A stretch of 62,558 bases of DNA, the filler included, from Choristocarpus tenellus KU-1152 (taxonomy: Eukaryota > Protista > Phaeophyceae), in NCBI GenBank assembly GCA_964200185.2. It is 11 parts of 11 records of this genome, joined end to end, with 100 filler letters (N's around TTAATTAATTAA, not from the genome) between each part and the next. Parts side by side here need not be neighbours in the genome. Positions count along the whole stretch, not along the records: positions 19,379 to 32,080 come from CAXNAD020001733.1; positions 32,181 to 35,784 come from CAXNAD020019004.1; 9 more parts are not named here. The stretch is one strand, 5' to 3'. The translations under genes and the position numbers were made by a program. A model generated the notes under the pieces. The model was not told where the DNA came from and searched no databases. It saw nothing but the letters and a program-made list of their open reading frames with translations. This document shows, piece by piece, positions 24,101 to 35,884 of the stretch (positions within the stretch are counted from its first letter, which is position 1; each line of letters opens with the position of its first letter).

Positions 24101-27100
24101 TCACTATTTTTAATGCCTGTATCGGTTATAATTTATTATTATATTTCTTATCACTTGGTTGTTCGGTGTCAAAACCACTCTATCAATATCAATATCAATA
24201 TCAATATATATATGTGTGTGTGTGTGTGTTGTATAACATAGGAAGGCATTATCCCTTGCTTCTTAGTACTGTACTGCAATTGTTGTGTTCATCATTGTAC
24301 ACACGTACTCTCTTCTCGGATGTACCTCTTCTCATATGTATCTTCTCTTGTCTAATGACATCTCGAGATCATACTGCGCACAACATTTTTTTTTAATATA
24401 AAGATATAAATATAAAGATATAAATATAAAGATATAAATATAAATATAAATATAACACCGTTGCTGCCGTAAGATCATGTGACAAATTCCCTTTCAACCC
24501 CCCCCCTGCCACAATGCCCTCTTAATCCACAATCATGAACAACACGAACAATAGTAGACCATCTCAGGAGTGACAGAAGACATTGCTCGAGGCAGTGGAA
24601 AGAGAGCACAAAATACCCAAAAAAAAATCACAGACGGGGGGGGGGGGAAATGAGAGGCAACGGCTACATTTCACTGCATACCTCAAACTGTGTGCCCCTT
24701 TGGGTAAGGCAGTTATAACAACATATTATGGCACCACCCACTGAATTTTCAGGAGAAATTGCCACTACCACAAACCAAGCACTGGGAGGTTGGTAGAAGA
24801 TTTGATGGACAATGCAAGGTACACGTCTAATACAACCAAAATTACAACCCTAACCCTCACCAGAACATCACGGTCAGTCGACGACAGCGCTCCGGTACTG
24901 AGCACAATACCCACCTGAAAATCTCCAGACTCTAGGAGGTAAAGCACGAGTGACTCTACATTGTACGTCACCACCACATCAGCAAATCGCCCTTTCCCTG
25001 GACTGCCCTTGAACCCCTTTCCTCCTCCTCCCCCACCCCCAGTCCTTCCAGCATTCCTCTCGCAGCCTTCAACAGGCTTCTCCTCAGGATCTGTCCCAGC
25101 CTCGGTTGGCCTAAAGTCCCATGTCCACGAACCAAGCTCCTCGAGGGTGATAGGGTCACGGGGCTGCTCAGCTTCTGATGCCACAGGCACAGACCGAAGC
25201 TGCTTCATCCCCTGCAACAGCAGTTCAAATGGTGTAGCCATGGCCCCCATCAGCACATCCACGGTGGATACAAGTGGACATCCACAGTGGATACAAGTGG
25301 TACAAGTGGACATCCACAGTGGATACAAGTGGTACAAGTGGACATCCAGAGTGGATACAAGTGGTACAAGCGGCGCACCGTGAGGGATACAGAAAGAAAC
25401 TTCAGCAAGGGTAGGAGATGAATGAGTCGTACATTGCTCAGTCCACAAGGCCCAAGCCTCGTGCCCATTGAGCATATCTAAGGCATTCGTCGCTACAAAC
25501 AGAACCTCCCCCGTCGGCCCACTGTCGTCTCTTCGCAGCTCTACCTCTGTCAAACGAGGGTACATCCTGGCCAGTTTCAAATGGTGAGGGGATAGGGGGG
25601 GGGGGATCTACTCAAAAAAGGGCGCACAACAGCAGCTTTGTAACAGTTTCTTGTATTGCCAGGAGAAGATATCAGAAACCCTTGTTGAATCGAGCCACAG
25701 GTGTAGCCCCGCTTTTGATTTTCTGTTCCATACCTTCTTGGCAAGATTGCAAACGCCTGGAAAATGCGAAATTAAGTGCGCATGCATGAGAGGAAGTGAC
25801 AATTCCAGCTTAGCCCTGGAGCGTCATTTTGACTGCACAGCAGCTTCTGCCTCAGGATCAACTCACCTTCCCAGTCTGAGACCTGAGGTTTACACCCTTT
25901 GAAATCGGATGGGGGCTCCCTTGTTTCACCAGCTGTACATGGGTTGTCCTCCTCTGAAAAGGGTTGGGGTTGCGTTGGTGATGAACTAAATGCTGCTGCT
26001 GCTGTTGCTGCTGCTGGCGTTGTTCTTGGGCAGCCTCATGAAGGCGGTAGATCCTGCCATGAAGCAGGGAAAGGTACCATGGTAGGGGAAGCAAAATGCG
26101 GTGCAACATAGGAGATGGAAAGTCGATCAGGGTCACCTCAGGTTGATATCGTACATAGATCACGATTCAAATATCACGGCAAATTGAAACGATGGGAACG
26201 ATTTTCAAAGGAAATGCGATAGACCAAGCTTACCCGTGCAAGTTGTTGCCATGGACATTACAAGAATACTACCGAAACATATTATCAAAACCTTAACGCC
26301 ATGTATGGCTCCACCATAGCCTACCTTCAAAGATGCAGCTCTCACAACTTGTCAAGGTCACAGACAAAGCTGAAGCGACAGGCCACTCAGACAATGTCAC
26401 AAAAAACTATAGATCAGAATGATGCTAGGGTGCTTGCGCCTTCACTACTTGTAATCCTTCGAGTCAAAACGAATTTGATGGGTCGCCTAGCTAGGGGTGA
26501 CGTTACGAAAGATGGAAAGGTTATCATAGTGCTTGCAAGCGCAAGCTCGGAGCCAGCACAAAGCATGTGCAGTCGAGGTCAGAATCCCAAGAGTGACATT
26601 TTGTAAGAGAGCCAAGCATAATGGCAAAAATTTCCGCCTCAATTTTGTGAAAAGCACGGGCGGCCACTCATCTCCCCCTTATAATAGACACTCGCGTATG
26701 AGCTCACCGGTCTGCCATTAGTATCTCAGCATATTCCTCCCGTGTGATCCTACCCCCTTGCAACATATCAGTAGCTAATGCAGACACGCCAGCGTTTAGC
26801 GGCCCATCAGGTGTAAGGACCTGGGCAGTCGCTTTGTAGGAGCAGGGTTTGCACCTGTCAACCGCAACAACACCAAAGACAACAAGGGTGAGATCCAGTG
26901 AGTATGGACATTGTCCCAATCACATAGCATAGTCTTGTTCGATTCAGTCTACTTTATGAGTAGGCCCACGTTGAGAAGGATGGCAGAACCCCTTCAAACA
27001 GATTCAGGTTGAGGTCAAACAAACTAAGAATGACTCGAATACTCATGGGCAGTATTAGGGAGGGACGAACAGGCATGGCTTCTTACCACGCTGATGCACA

Positions 27101-27220
27101 CCCGAGGCCTCGAAGCCGCCTTCGACGTTTCTCATGCCTACTCCGAGGACGACCTACCACATCCTGACCAACAATACCACGGCATCCGTTACCACTCTCG
27201 CCATGCTGGCTTTGACGCAT
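21131..27220 (-). CDS. Hypothetical protein with SHOCT-like motif, polyQ and degenerate U-box-like domain (exons 27220-27087, 26854-26708, 26053-25867, 25212-24915, 21276-21131; 3' end not located)
   Basis: Five GT-AG exons with consistent phases (2, 2, 0, 0) give MRQSQHG..ASAW|CKPC..MLQGGRITREEYAEILMADR|IYRLHEAAQEQRQQQ..TGK|GMKQ..RDPITLEELG..VTYNVESLVLYLLESGDFQ|EPTTRRPLSLVQLADLDDLA. Confidence 0.75.
22396..22667. repeat. 20-bp minisatellite (ATGTATAATACATACAG[GA]C) x~13
   Basis: Direct head-to-tail units with no spacers. Confidence 0.95.
23727..23803. repeat. Tandem repeat AGTTATTGGAGTGAT(GAT)GTCACT x3
   Basis: Three adjacent units. Confidence 0.85.
25256..25370. repeat. Intronic minisatellite built from GTGGATACAAGTGGTACAAGTGGACATCCA
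   Basis: ~30-bp units x~4 inside the inferred intron 25866-25213. Confidence 0.85.
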
Positions 27221-30059
27221 CCTTCCCAGACACACTTCTTTGAACGTAAAGCAATTTTGGTAGACAGATACCCGCGTCTGCAGTTTCAAGAGTTGAGGAG
27301 AAGGACCGAGGACCTTACTGTAAGTTGTCAACATTCATTAGCACTGCCCACAAAACACCTACTGACAGATCCCAATCATAGTCAAACGTTGTGCAGAGGG
27401 ATGTCCGATCCTTTCAATCACCATACGACATACTTGCGCTATGTTAAGTACCTGTAGTGTCGGGTGTGAGTGGCAGTATATGAACACCCGACCAACCCCT
27501 AAGTTGACCTTCTAATTCCAAGCCTACAACTTGCAACACATACAGATGTGGATGGTTGTGCCTGGGGGTAAAGAAGTACACGCACCACACACCGTCAATC
27601 GCGCTCTAAAGGTCAAGTTGGTAGAATAGGGGTTGCGGAGTGATATTTTTTGTCCATCTCAACCCTTTGAACGTTCTTCTGTCCTTCAACACAATTTTTC
27701 AATGTGTTTTGGTTCGGGTTTCGTTGAATTATTCGATTATTAGTCGACAGTTGATTGATTGGATGAGCACTATTGAGTGATTCTGTAGAAGTTGTCCATT
27801 TTCTCCACTCTTCTTCCACAATATCTTGAAGGTAATAATAATAAATTCCAAGGTATTTTTTGCATTTAAAAGACAATGGATATGTTTAATCTGTTGTGAT
27901 AGGATTAAAGATGGAGAGTTTGGCTACTATTCTGAGGAGCTTCGTTATTGGTTTTTGGTGTACTGGTTGGTCTTACATGTAGGATTTACTTGAAGTATAT
28001 ATAGAAGAGGAAAAAGACATCATATGACAACATTGGTACTTAGTAGTGAATATAATAGCGGATAAGAATTTATGTGTATATATTATTACATATTACATTT
28101 ATGTCTTAAACTTAGCTTTTTTGCGATGGAGACTATCTAGGAAAAACATGGTAATACTACTACACACTACTTTCCTGATCTGTCTCTGTATGTAAACGGT
28201 GTATTATTATCGGTTCATTTTCCTGTACATTGCTTATTGGTTTTATAATATTCTAATCTATCCAAGTATTTTGTTTAGAAATTATTCGAACCTGTTCCTC
28301 AACAGATTTTTTTTGAGGGAATCTCCTTTACGTTGTCCAAAATGTCAAAACATCGACACTCTTTACCATTTATGTTGTAAAAGTAACTTATCCTCCAACT
28401 CTCTCGTCTATCCCTGGGACCCTGTGTATACTGATCATCCCTGTTGTTCAATGGTAAAATGCACAGTAGTGTTTTCTACATTATTACAGAGCTTGGAGAA
28501 CCTTTCTTGGTTTGAACCAGCACGAAGGACTGCCACTGACTGGAAGAGTTTTGGGGGTAGAATTGATTACTATTTTTTCTACACGACGAGTTATAGCCAC
28601 TCCACCTTAGGGAGCCCCAAATAAATCCATTTGATCTTCCTGGGTACCTACTCTATACTTATGGCTCCTTCCTCATTGTTTCGATCTGCACGATATCTCC
28701 ACTTTTAAACAGGCTGTCCTTTAACATCTACCTCACTCAACCACAGGTGCCTCATCACACATATATTTCACTTCTCCAATGGCAAACCCAGCAAATAGCG
28801 TTCGTTCTTGTCAGTCTCCCATTATTTTCCCCTGGCTTAGCGCACCTTCTCCCTCAAGCCATCATGTCTGCTACCCCTGATAATAAAGCCGAACTTGTGG
28901 CTATAATATTGTCGTCTCACAACGGAAAGTACTTGTTCCTCCACATTCAATGGTCAACCATACCATGCGTTCAAGGTATTTATGTCAGTCCCTGTCTCGG
29001 TTCTTTCTGTACCTCAATCAAATATAGATGTAAACAATGAAAGTGAGAGAATCCCAACATATTTGATGGGATTTCCAATATGGACCATCTGCTATCCTCA
29101 TTATTTGTCTACAGCCTTGTGGATTAGAGTTACATATTCCATAAGACTGTGTGGGAGTGTATGTATCTTGGAGGCCCTGCTTTGGCTCTTCATACCAGAG
29201 AGAATACTCAGCTCACCACATGGGACTGACGTTGACTCCTGGGATCATCGTTTTGTCGACTTCTTGGGACGTCCTTCCTCGACTCCTCACAATCTCCACT
29301 TCTCTCGAATTGTGGGGAAAGGGTCTCCATCATCGCATCTGTGACTCGGACATCACATCCTCCGCGAGGAAAAGACTTGCGATTACGCGTGAGGACATTT
29401 TGTTAAGGTCCCACCAATGGCGTGGCCTCGAGATCGTGGCTTCGGGGTCTCTCTTTACGGCCTTGGGGGGATGTAAGAGTGTGGGCCGCCTTACTGTGTC
29501 TACCAGATCGCATCCATGGGCTGTGCTCCAGAACACAGCTTCAGGGTCTCCCTCTAACGAGGAGAAGATCTCGAGATTATGCATTGGGGTACGGGAAGTT
29601 TTACTGTTGTGTGTTCTTTGTGTCTCAATTTTCTGTAGAGTAGGTTCCACATATCCACATACTTTCATCGTCCTTTCATGCCCTCCCTCACCCTTTAATC
29701 GCATTCTCCTGTGTTCAATCGCTGCTTTCAGGTGCAGAAGTAACCAGCAGTCGATCAGTCACTACTCAGGCGCAGACTCGCGCTGTCAGCTATTCCAGGA
29801 GGGTGGAAGGTGGCTAAGGGAACACAAGATGACCATCCTGTTCCAAAGGTACCCCTATCAAGTAGGCGTGACACATGGAGAAAGGAAATAAACTGGATAC
29901 TCGGGCTGAGTGCCTCGAGAAGGAGACAAAAGAAGGGCAGGACAAGTTAGAGATTTCCAGTATGCAGGAACAGTGAACAAGAGTATAATGGAGCAAAAGG
30001 GGGGGGGAGAGGTTGTTAGATACGGATGAGTGAACCGCAACACCCTACTGGATTCAGCT

Positions 30060-30285
30060 ACGGGAGGGTCTTCTATGACAGTATCCTATTTCTGTATCGT
30101 TGTGTGACATACTACTTTTGCAGTCGGTACTTATTTGTCTTCATAGTTCGGAAGGGGCAGAGCCTTTCTATGATAGAACCTATTTCTGTGCCATTGTAGT
30201 TTTGTGTCTATATTAATTTGTCTTCGTAGTTGTGGAGGGGGAGAGACCTTCCATGGTCCAGTACCCTATTTCGATGTGGCTGCGA
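30060..30285. repeat. Diverged ~85-bp tandem triplication
   Basis: Recurring ATTTGTCTTCRTAGTT..GGA.GGGG.AGA.C.TT..ATG..AG.A.CCTATTTC blocks. Confidence 0.65.
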
Positions 30286-31119
30286 GATTGGTGTAGGAAA
30301 TTTCTCTTGAGCATTAATACAAATGGAGAGTGAGTGCCATGAGTTGCGAGTGTCACACTAGCATGTCTATCTTTTGTCAGAGCAAACGTTGCAAGGGGGT
30401 TTTCCTACAAGTTTCCTCCTATTATGCTGGATCCCCAACGCTGCCTACTGATATATAGAAGGACCTGGAAGTGACATTCATCTCATTTCTGCTAAGTTCA
30501 TTAAATGATAAGGAAAGACAATTTAATTCCTTGTCCGATTGCGTGTTCTTCGCATTGAAGCAGTTATGCTTTATGCTGGGGAGGCATATATCACAAGCGA
30601 TGGGTTTTAATGGTGGTTCCATAAACACCAATATGACCTTGAAGTCCTAGATTTTAAATGTTATGGTTCTTGACAATTTATTTTTCATTTAGTCATTGTC
30701 AGACCATTCGTTGCCCGTATCATGTTTGTCTCATTCCTTTTTCTATACTCAACCAAATAATCATAAAGTGAACAATCAAAGAGAGAGATCCAGCATATTT
30801 GATTGTGTTTTCATAATGGCACCATCTGCGCCTCATCAAGGGACCACAGGCTTGTGGACTGGACCTACATATCCCATCACAGTAAGCTGTGGGAGGTTTT
30901 GTGTAAAGAACCATGGTGAGTACTATTAACAGCACTCACCACCCGCCATAGTACAAGGTAAGATGTCCTCTTGCTAGGCAAGTAATTTTCATTTTCATAA
31001 CTGCATACGGTCATAGAGACTACAGACACAAATAAGAGCCTCACATGATACTTTGCAAGAGTTAGGAGAGGAAGGAGATGGAATCCTCAAAGGAACCACA
31101 TTCTTAAGAGCGTGGAGAC

Positions 31120-31297
31120 GGCTCAAAGTATCTGGGGTGCGTGGCGGCTGTCCATTTGGGGTAAAAAATTGTATGTCCCAATTTTTTGTGATTTGGTTAC
31201 AGACGTCGGGTGGATAATCTAAGTGCACTTTTCCTGGTTTTGGCCCAAATGGACACCCTGGCGTAGACCGCCCCCGCCCCCCCAGACACTTTGGGTC
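31120..31297 (+). mobile_element. MITE family B1, complete, 4-bp TSD AGAC
   Basis: AGAC|GGCTCAAAGTATCTGGG...CCCAGACACTTTGGGTC|AGAC; inner inverted GTCCATTTGGG/CCCAAATGGAC. Confidence 0.9.
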
Positions 31298-31551
31298 AGA
31301 CACATGGTGGGACTATGACGTGAAGATAATACTTATTATTCGTAGGTGGGCAGGCAATAGGTGCGCATACTTTTGGAAGAACATGAACACTGATTAACAA
31401 AATAAACTACTTCTAGAATACAGAAATTACTAATCAACAATCTATGGAGCTCCACAAATGAATATCATGTTGTCTCTTCCAATTATCTACCAATATATGA
31501 AGTTCCATATTTTAATCTGCGCAAGTATTACGTTCCAAGATTCTGTGAAAC

Positions 31552-31953
31552 TGTCCTCGTCCTTCTGGATTAGTGGTCGGTTATGGAACCTGTTCGCTGC
31601 ATGAATTTCAAGGGCTTGAACCTAACCAACACCAACCTTGTTTTCATTCATATCTGGTCTTGGTTATCCCAAGTCCATGTGCCAAGCACTGGTGAATTTA
31701 TGTCCACCTGTACTATCCTATTTGTCGCTATAATACAATGACAAAAACGCTGGACCAACAACGTGGGAATGCTTAATTTTCGATCATCAACATCGAGTTG
31801 AAGCAGATCCAGCACAAGATTCGACGGAGGGGATGGAGCGACCATTGGTGGGATGGCTGAACTGAACCCATGAGAATCAAGGCACGAACAGAGCCAGTGC
31901 AATTACTGTCATGGTGCAACAGTTTGACATGGTGCAACAGTTTGATATGGTAC
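31552..31953 (+). mobile_element. Repeat family D (possible tRNA-derived SINE), copy 1
   Basis: Co-linear with ~37679-38045 (GTCCATGTGCCAAGC, ACAAAAACGC, TCCAGCACAAGATTCGA, AAGGCAC, GTCATGGTGC); 18-bp tandem tail. The SINE identity is inferred. Confidence 0.5.
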
Positions 31954-31962
31954 TTGAGTGTA

Positions 31963-32080
31963 GGCTCAAAGTATCTGGGGGGGGTGGCGGCTGTCCATTT
32001 AGGCCCAAATTTTTCATGTCGCGATTTTTGGGTGATTTGGTTCCATACGTTGGATGGATAATGAAAGTGTACTTTTCCTG
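31963..32080 (+). mobile_element. MITE family B1, truncated by contig end
   Basis: GGCTCAAAGTATCTGGGGGGGGTGGCGGCTGTCCATTT... Confidence 0.85.
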
Positions 32081-32180
32081 NNNNNNNNNNNNNNNNNNNN
32101 NNNNNNNNNNNNNNNNNNNNNNNNTTAATTAATTAANNNNNNNNNNNNNNNNNNNNNNNNNNNNNNNNNNNNNNNNNNNN
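32081..32180. other. Artificial contig linker
   Basis: 44N-TTAATTAATTAA-44N. Confidence 0.97.
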
Positions 32181-32237
32181 CATGAAAAAATTGACCCCAA
32201 ATGGACAGCCGCCACCCCCTCCCAGATACTTTGAGCT
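32181..32237 (-). mobile_element. MITE family B1 end at contig start
   Basis: CCCCAAATGGACAGCCGCCACCCCCTCCCAGATACTTTGAGCT. Confidence 0.85.
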
Positions 32238-33330
32238 CCAAATTTTCCATCTCTTTTGCTGTGTGCTCTCTAAATTTCTGCCTACAGTGAGTCCATGTAT
32301 TAATGGAGATGATACTTATCCAGCCAACACCGGTGTTGCTCCAGTAGGGATCACCCCGGGATTGTTGACTGGTGTAGTTGATCCCAACTATTTGCTGTAC
32401 TCCCCTGTCCCATGCTCAATGCAATGCATTGATGAGGGAGGGGGGGAACGTTTGCTTGAGTGGAGTGCCAAAAGGTGGGGTATAAAACATGAATATAGGG
32501 AGCTTGGGGGATGATGACTATTCTTTCTTGATTATCCCAGCTTTAACCCATAACCAATGATGAAAAATGACAAGAATAAGGGAAGGACAACATTGGACCG
32601 GAATAGAATGGGGGTGATTAGGCATGGATTTCTGGCTTTGGATTGGCATTTGGATTAGCCTTTTTTCCTGAATCATAACCACTGCATTGACATTGCACTT
32701 GGGTCGTTCAATTCCCTAATCAATAATCCTCAAGAGTGCTCTGTTTTATGTACAAAGTGACATACACAAACGTGTCACCCAATATGCTTATCTTGCATAT
32801 ATAAGATGTTACCATCCAGTGGATGTCTCCTCCTGAAAATTTCATTTTGATACCACTCAAAAAATTAGAGTTGTTGGGGTATGCACAGAATATGCATTCT
32901 GAGAGTAGTAGCATATTCAGATGAGCACAAAATTATAATAAACACTCTATGCAGCTTTTCAATGCTCCACACTGTATGAAGTCCAAGAATCTTGTCATGT
33001 GCTTTGGTTATATGGAGATGATGACTTGTGCGAGTGGCTAGAATGATTCCTGAGGAATTTGTTGATCTTGCAAGGGGGGAAAAGAAAAAAAATAAATCCA
33101 CACTGATGAAAGTATTTCTTACTCTATAGCCCCCATAACTTGGGTGAAGACCCCAGCACCTTTTGATATGCGTCCATATCCAAACTTGCCCTTAGTAGAA
33201 ACTGTACCCTCAATTTTATCCTATCCCCGATCCCTCCATCCCTCCAGCTTAGCACAGATAATGCTTCATCAAATTCTTTCTTGCCTACTCTCTTCTAATC
33301 CTACTTGTTCATATGGGTAATATCGTTCAG

Positions 33331-33793
33331 TAAAAGTCCTGGAAAGTCCAGTAAATTAGGTCCAAGGAGCATCAATTCCTGGGGGAGTTGGGCCGTTGAC
33401 AGTGAGGGCGAAGGTGAACAGGGCCCCAAGAATGCCAGAGGAGAAAGACCAGTGCATCATACGGATGGAGGTTCTCTCAAGTTGTATCAACAGCAGCAAC
33501 ATCAACTTCAACATCAGCTTCAAAATCAACTGCAACCACGACAGATGGAGATGAGGGAGAAAATACAAAAACATCAGGTTCACCTGGTCAATGCACGTAC
33601 AGCAATTATGTCAGAAGCATTGGGGGGTACGGATGGTGCTGACTTGCCGGATGAACTAAGCCTTAATGAAAGCTCTGAGGAGACTGATGACTGGGAAGAG
33701 GAGATCAATGAGAGCAGCACAAGCTCTGACAGGGACAGCTGTATGGAAGTGGACGATGTTACCAACAACTTAGACTCTGCCCTTCCAAATGAG
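33331..33793 (+). CDS. Probable internal exon of an unknown protein (Q-rich, then acidic/Ser-rich)
   Basis: Open frame bounded by ttcag| and GAG|GTATGG; no recognisable domain. Confidence 0.5.
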
Positions 33794-34791
33794 GTATGGA
33801 TGCAGAGGGATGGGAGATATGCAACTTGTCAGACAAGGTCAGGGAGACAGGGAAGATTGTACAGAAGTGGTGGGTACCTGTTTTAGTAAAGTTTGATGTG
33901 GTATGAAATGAGGTGAGCTTGGAGCACTTAATGATGTTACAAACACTTACCAAGTGTGTAAACATTTCCATATTGTCAAGAGACGCTCGGCACCTAACCC
34001 CAATGTACATCAACCTTGACCCTTAAGCTAGGGAAATTCCTTGACAGCAATCTATACCTTGCCCTTAACCCAAATGTTATTACTGTAGATACGAAACTTC
34101 AGAAAAGAATCAAGAATTAAAGTTGGAAGGTCTATTACATTCTTTATATTCCTGTCTGAAATAATACGGAAGCTGGGATAAAACCAACGACAATTCAGGA
34201 GTAAATGGTAATCTCCCCCCTACCCTGACCAAAGCTAGTGCTATGTATACAACAGTGTGGATGGGGTAGGAAGATGTCAAGCAGCTGTGCATCGCACCAA
34301 ACCGAAGAATGTAGTAAAAGTGGCCGTGTTGTGCTGAGATTAACAAGGAGTCAAGTTGGTCTATTTAATATCAAATGCAGCGTAGGGCGCAGCAACAATG
34401 GCGAGCAGAACTGATGTTTCACGATGACTTGAAATGCTTTAATGGAAAAAGTACTACTCACCATGTTAGAGTAATCTTGCTGCCCAAATCTCTACTGCTA
34501 TACTGAAAGGGTTTGCAGAGTTTTTTCAGGTCCAAAGACACTGCAATTCTGTAGTATTTGTTAAAAGGAACAAAGACACTACACCAGTAGCCCATAATAT
34601 CTCATTTAACGGATCGATCTTCTGCGAAGGCATCAAACAAAATACTGATGTGTAAAACATGAAGAAAAAATGGGGACTGTGGCATAAGTTACGTGGAGCT
34701 CTTTTGTGTACTCAGCGTTCTTGTACCTTTAATGAAAGAGTGACTTGCTCTCTCTATCTCTCTTCAGCACCTATAGTATCATCTGCACTAT

Positions 34792-35052
34792 GAGGCAAAC
34801 CAATTGAGTGGTAGGCAAGGTTGCTTGTTAAGGTATCCGAGAAGGACCAAAAGACTCGATTTTGTACCATTTCAGAAAGAACCCTTTGCTCAATTCTGGT
34901 GTCACTATGTATGTGGAAAGGGGGAACATCAATTTAGTTCTCGCTATTGTGCACATAAAGCAATGAAAAATAGGGCATTGCACTGGGTAAAAAAGGTGGC
35001 TTAGAATGTAAAAGGGCCCAAATACCTGCCTATCTCTCAATTGGTTTGACTC
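34792..35052. mobile_element. MITE family F, 26-bp imperfect TIRs, 4-bp TSD CTAT
   Basis: CTAT|GAGGCAAACCAATTGAGTGGTAGGCA...TGCCTATCTCTCAATTGGTTTGACTC|CTAT. Confidence 0.85.
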
Positions 35053-35766
35053 CTATGCAGCATTAGACTGAGTACTTAATACTCAAGTTATCTTTTGTTC
35101 AACAAAACTTCAGTGGGATATAATCTTGGATCTATATTGGTGGCATGTTTATATATATAGTGAGATATTAGACGAAACACAGGGTCCTCGACGTTGTGAA
35201 GGGTAAGGGGCTACTTGCTACTTTCTGTGAAGTCTTCTAAATCGATATACAGCAAATGAATAGGAAACTACTTGCAATAATGTAAGAATGGAGCACTCAA
35301 GGTTTTTCTTAGTGTGATGTGAGCTTCATGTCATAAGGTTAGAAGGGCAATGTGTATGTTTGTGTTGAGTGGCATACAAAAATGCCCCCCTCGAGCACGG
35401 GTGTGAGTGCGTTTCACAACTCTCAGGGTATTATCTCACACACTTCATTTCCTATGCAGGAGTATAGAGTCATTATTTAATTCATGGTCCAAACCTATGA
35501 CCAAACCCACCCCACCAAGAATCTGCGCCTTTTTGAACAGATGCTTCCACAAGGCTGCTGCTGGATTTCATGACGCAAACAATACCTGAATCAAAATTTT
35601 GGTTTATCTATCCAAAGTGCCAAGTGTCTCAGAGAAAATGATCAGAACTGCCAATGTTATTGTTGCAATTTGAAGATCGTGAAGTAGTACTCTGTCTGAG
35701 TGGATGTATCACAAGCCTCAACTGACTTTTTTTTTTCTGGTGGAGATTTATTCTGCATTCAAAGGA

Positions 35767-35784
35767 GGGTCAAAGTATCTGGGG
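35767..35784 (+). mobile_element. MITE family B1 left TIR at contig end
   Basis: GGGTCAAAGTATCTGGGG. Confidence 0.65.
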
Positions 35785-35884
35785 NNNNNNNNNNNNNNNN
35801 NNNNNNNNNNNNNNNNNNNNNNNNNNNNTTAATTAATTAANNNNNNNNNNNNNNNNNNNNNNNNNNNNNNNNNNNNNNNNNNNN
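35785..35884. other. Artificial contig linker
   Basis: 44N-TTAATTAATTAA-44N. Confidence 0.97.

Noticed and set aside
24765-25580. 271-aa single ORF as one exon
   Set aside because: Phases and splice signals support only 25212-24915 as exon; the upstream part includes a minisatellite.
27600-29900. AT-rich stretch and ORFs 29151-29891 / 29330-29704 as a LINE or viral insertion
   Set aside because: No RT, endonuclease or viral hallmark motif could be recognised; needs tBLASTx.
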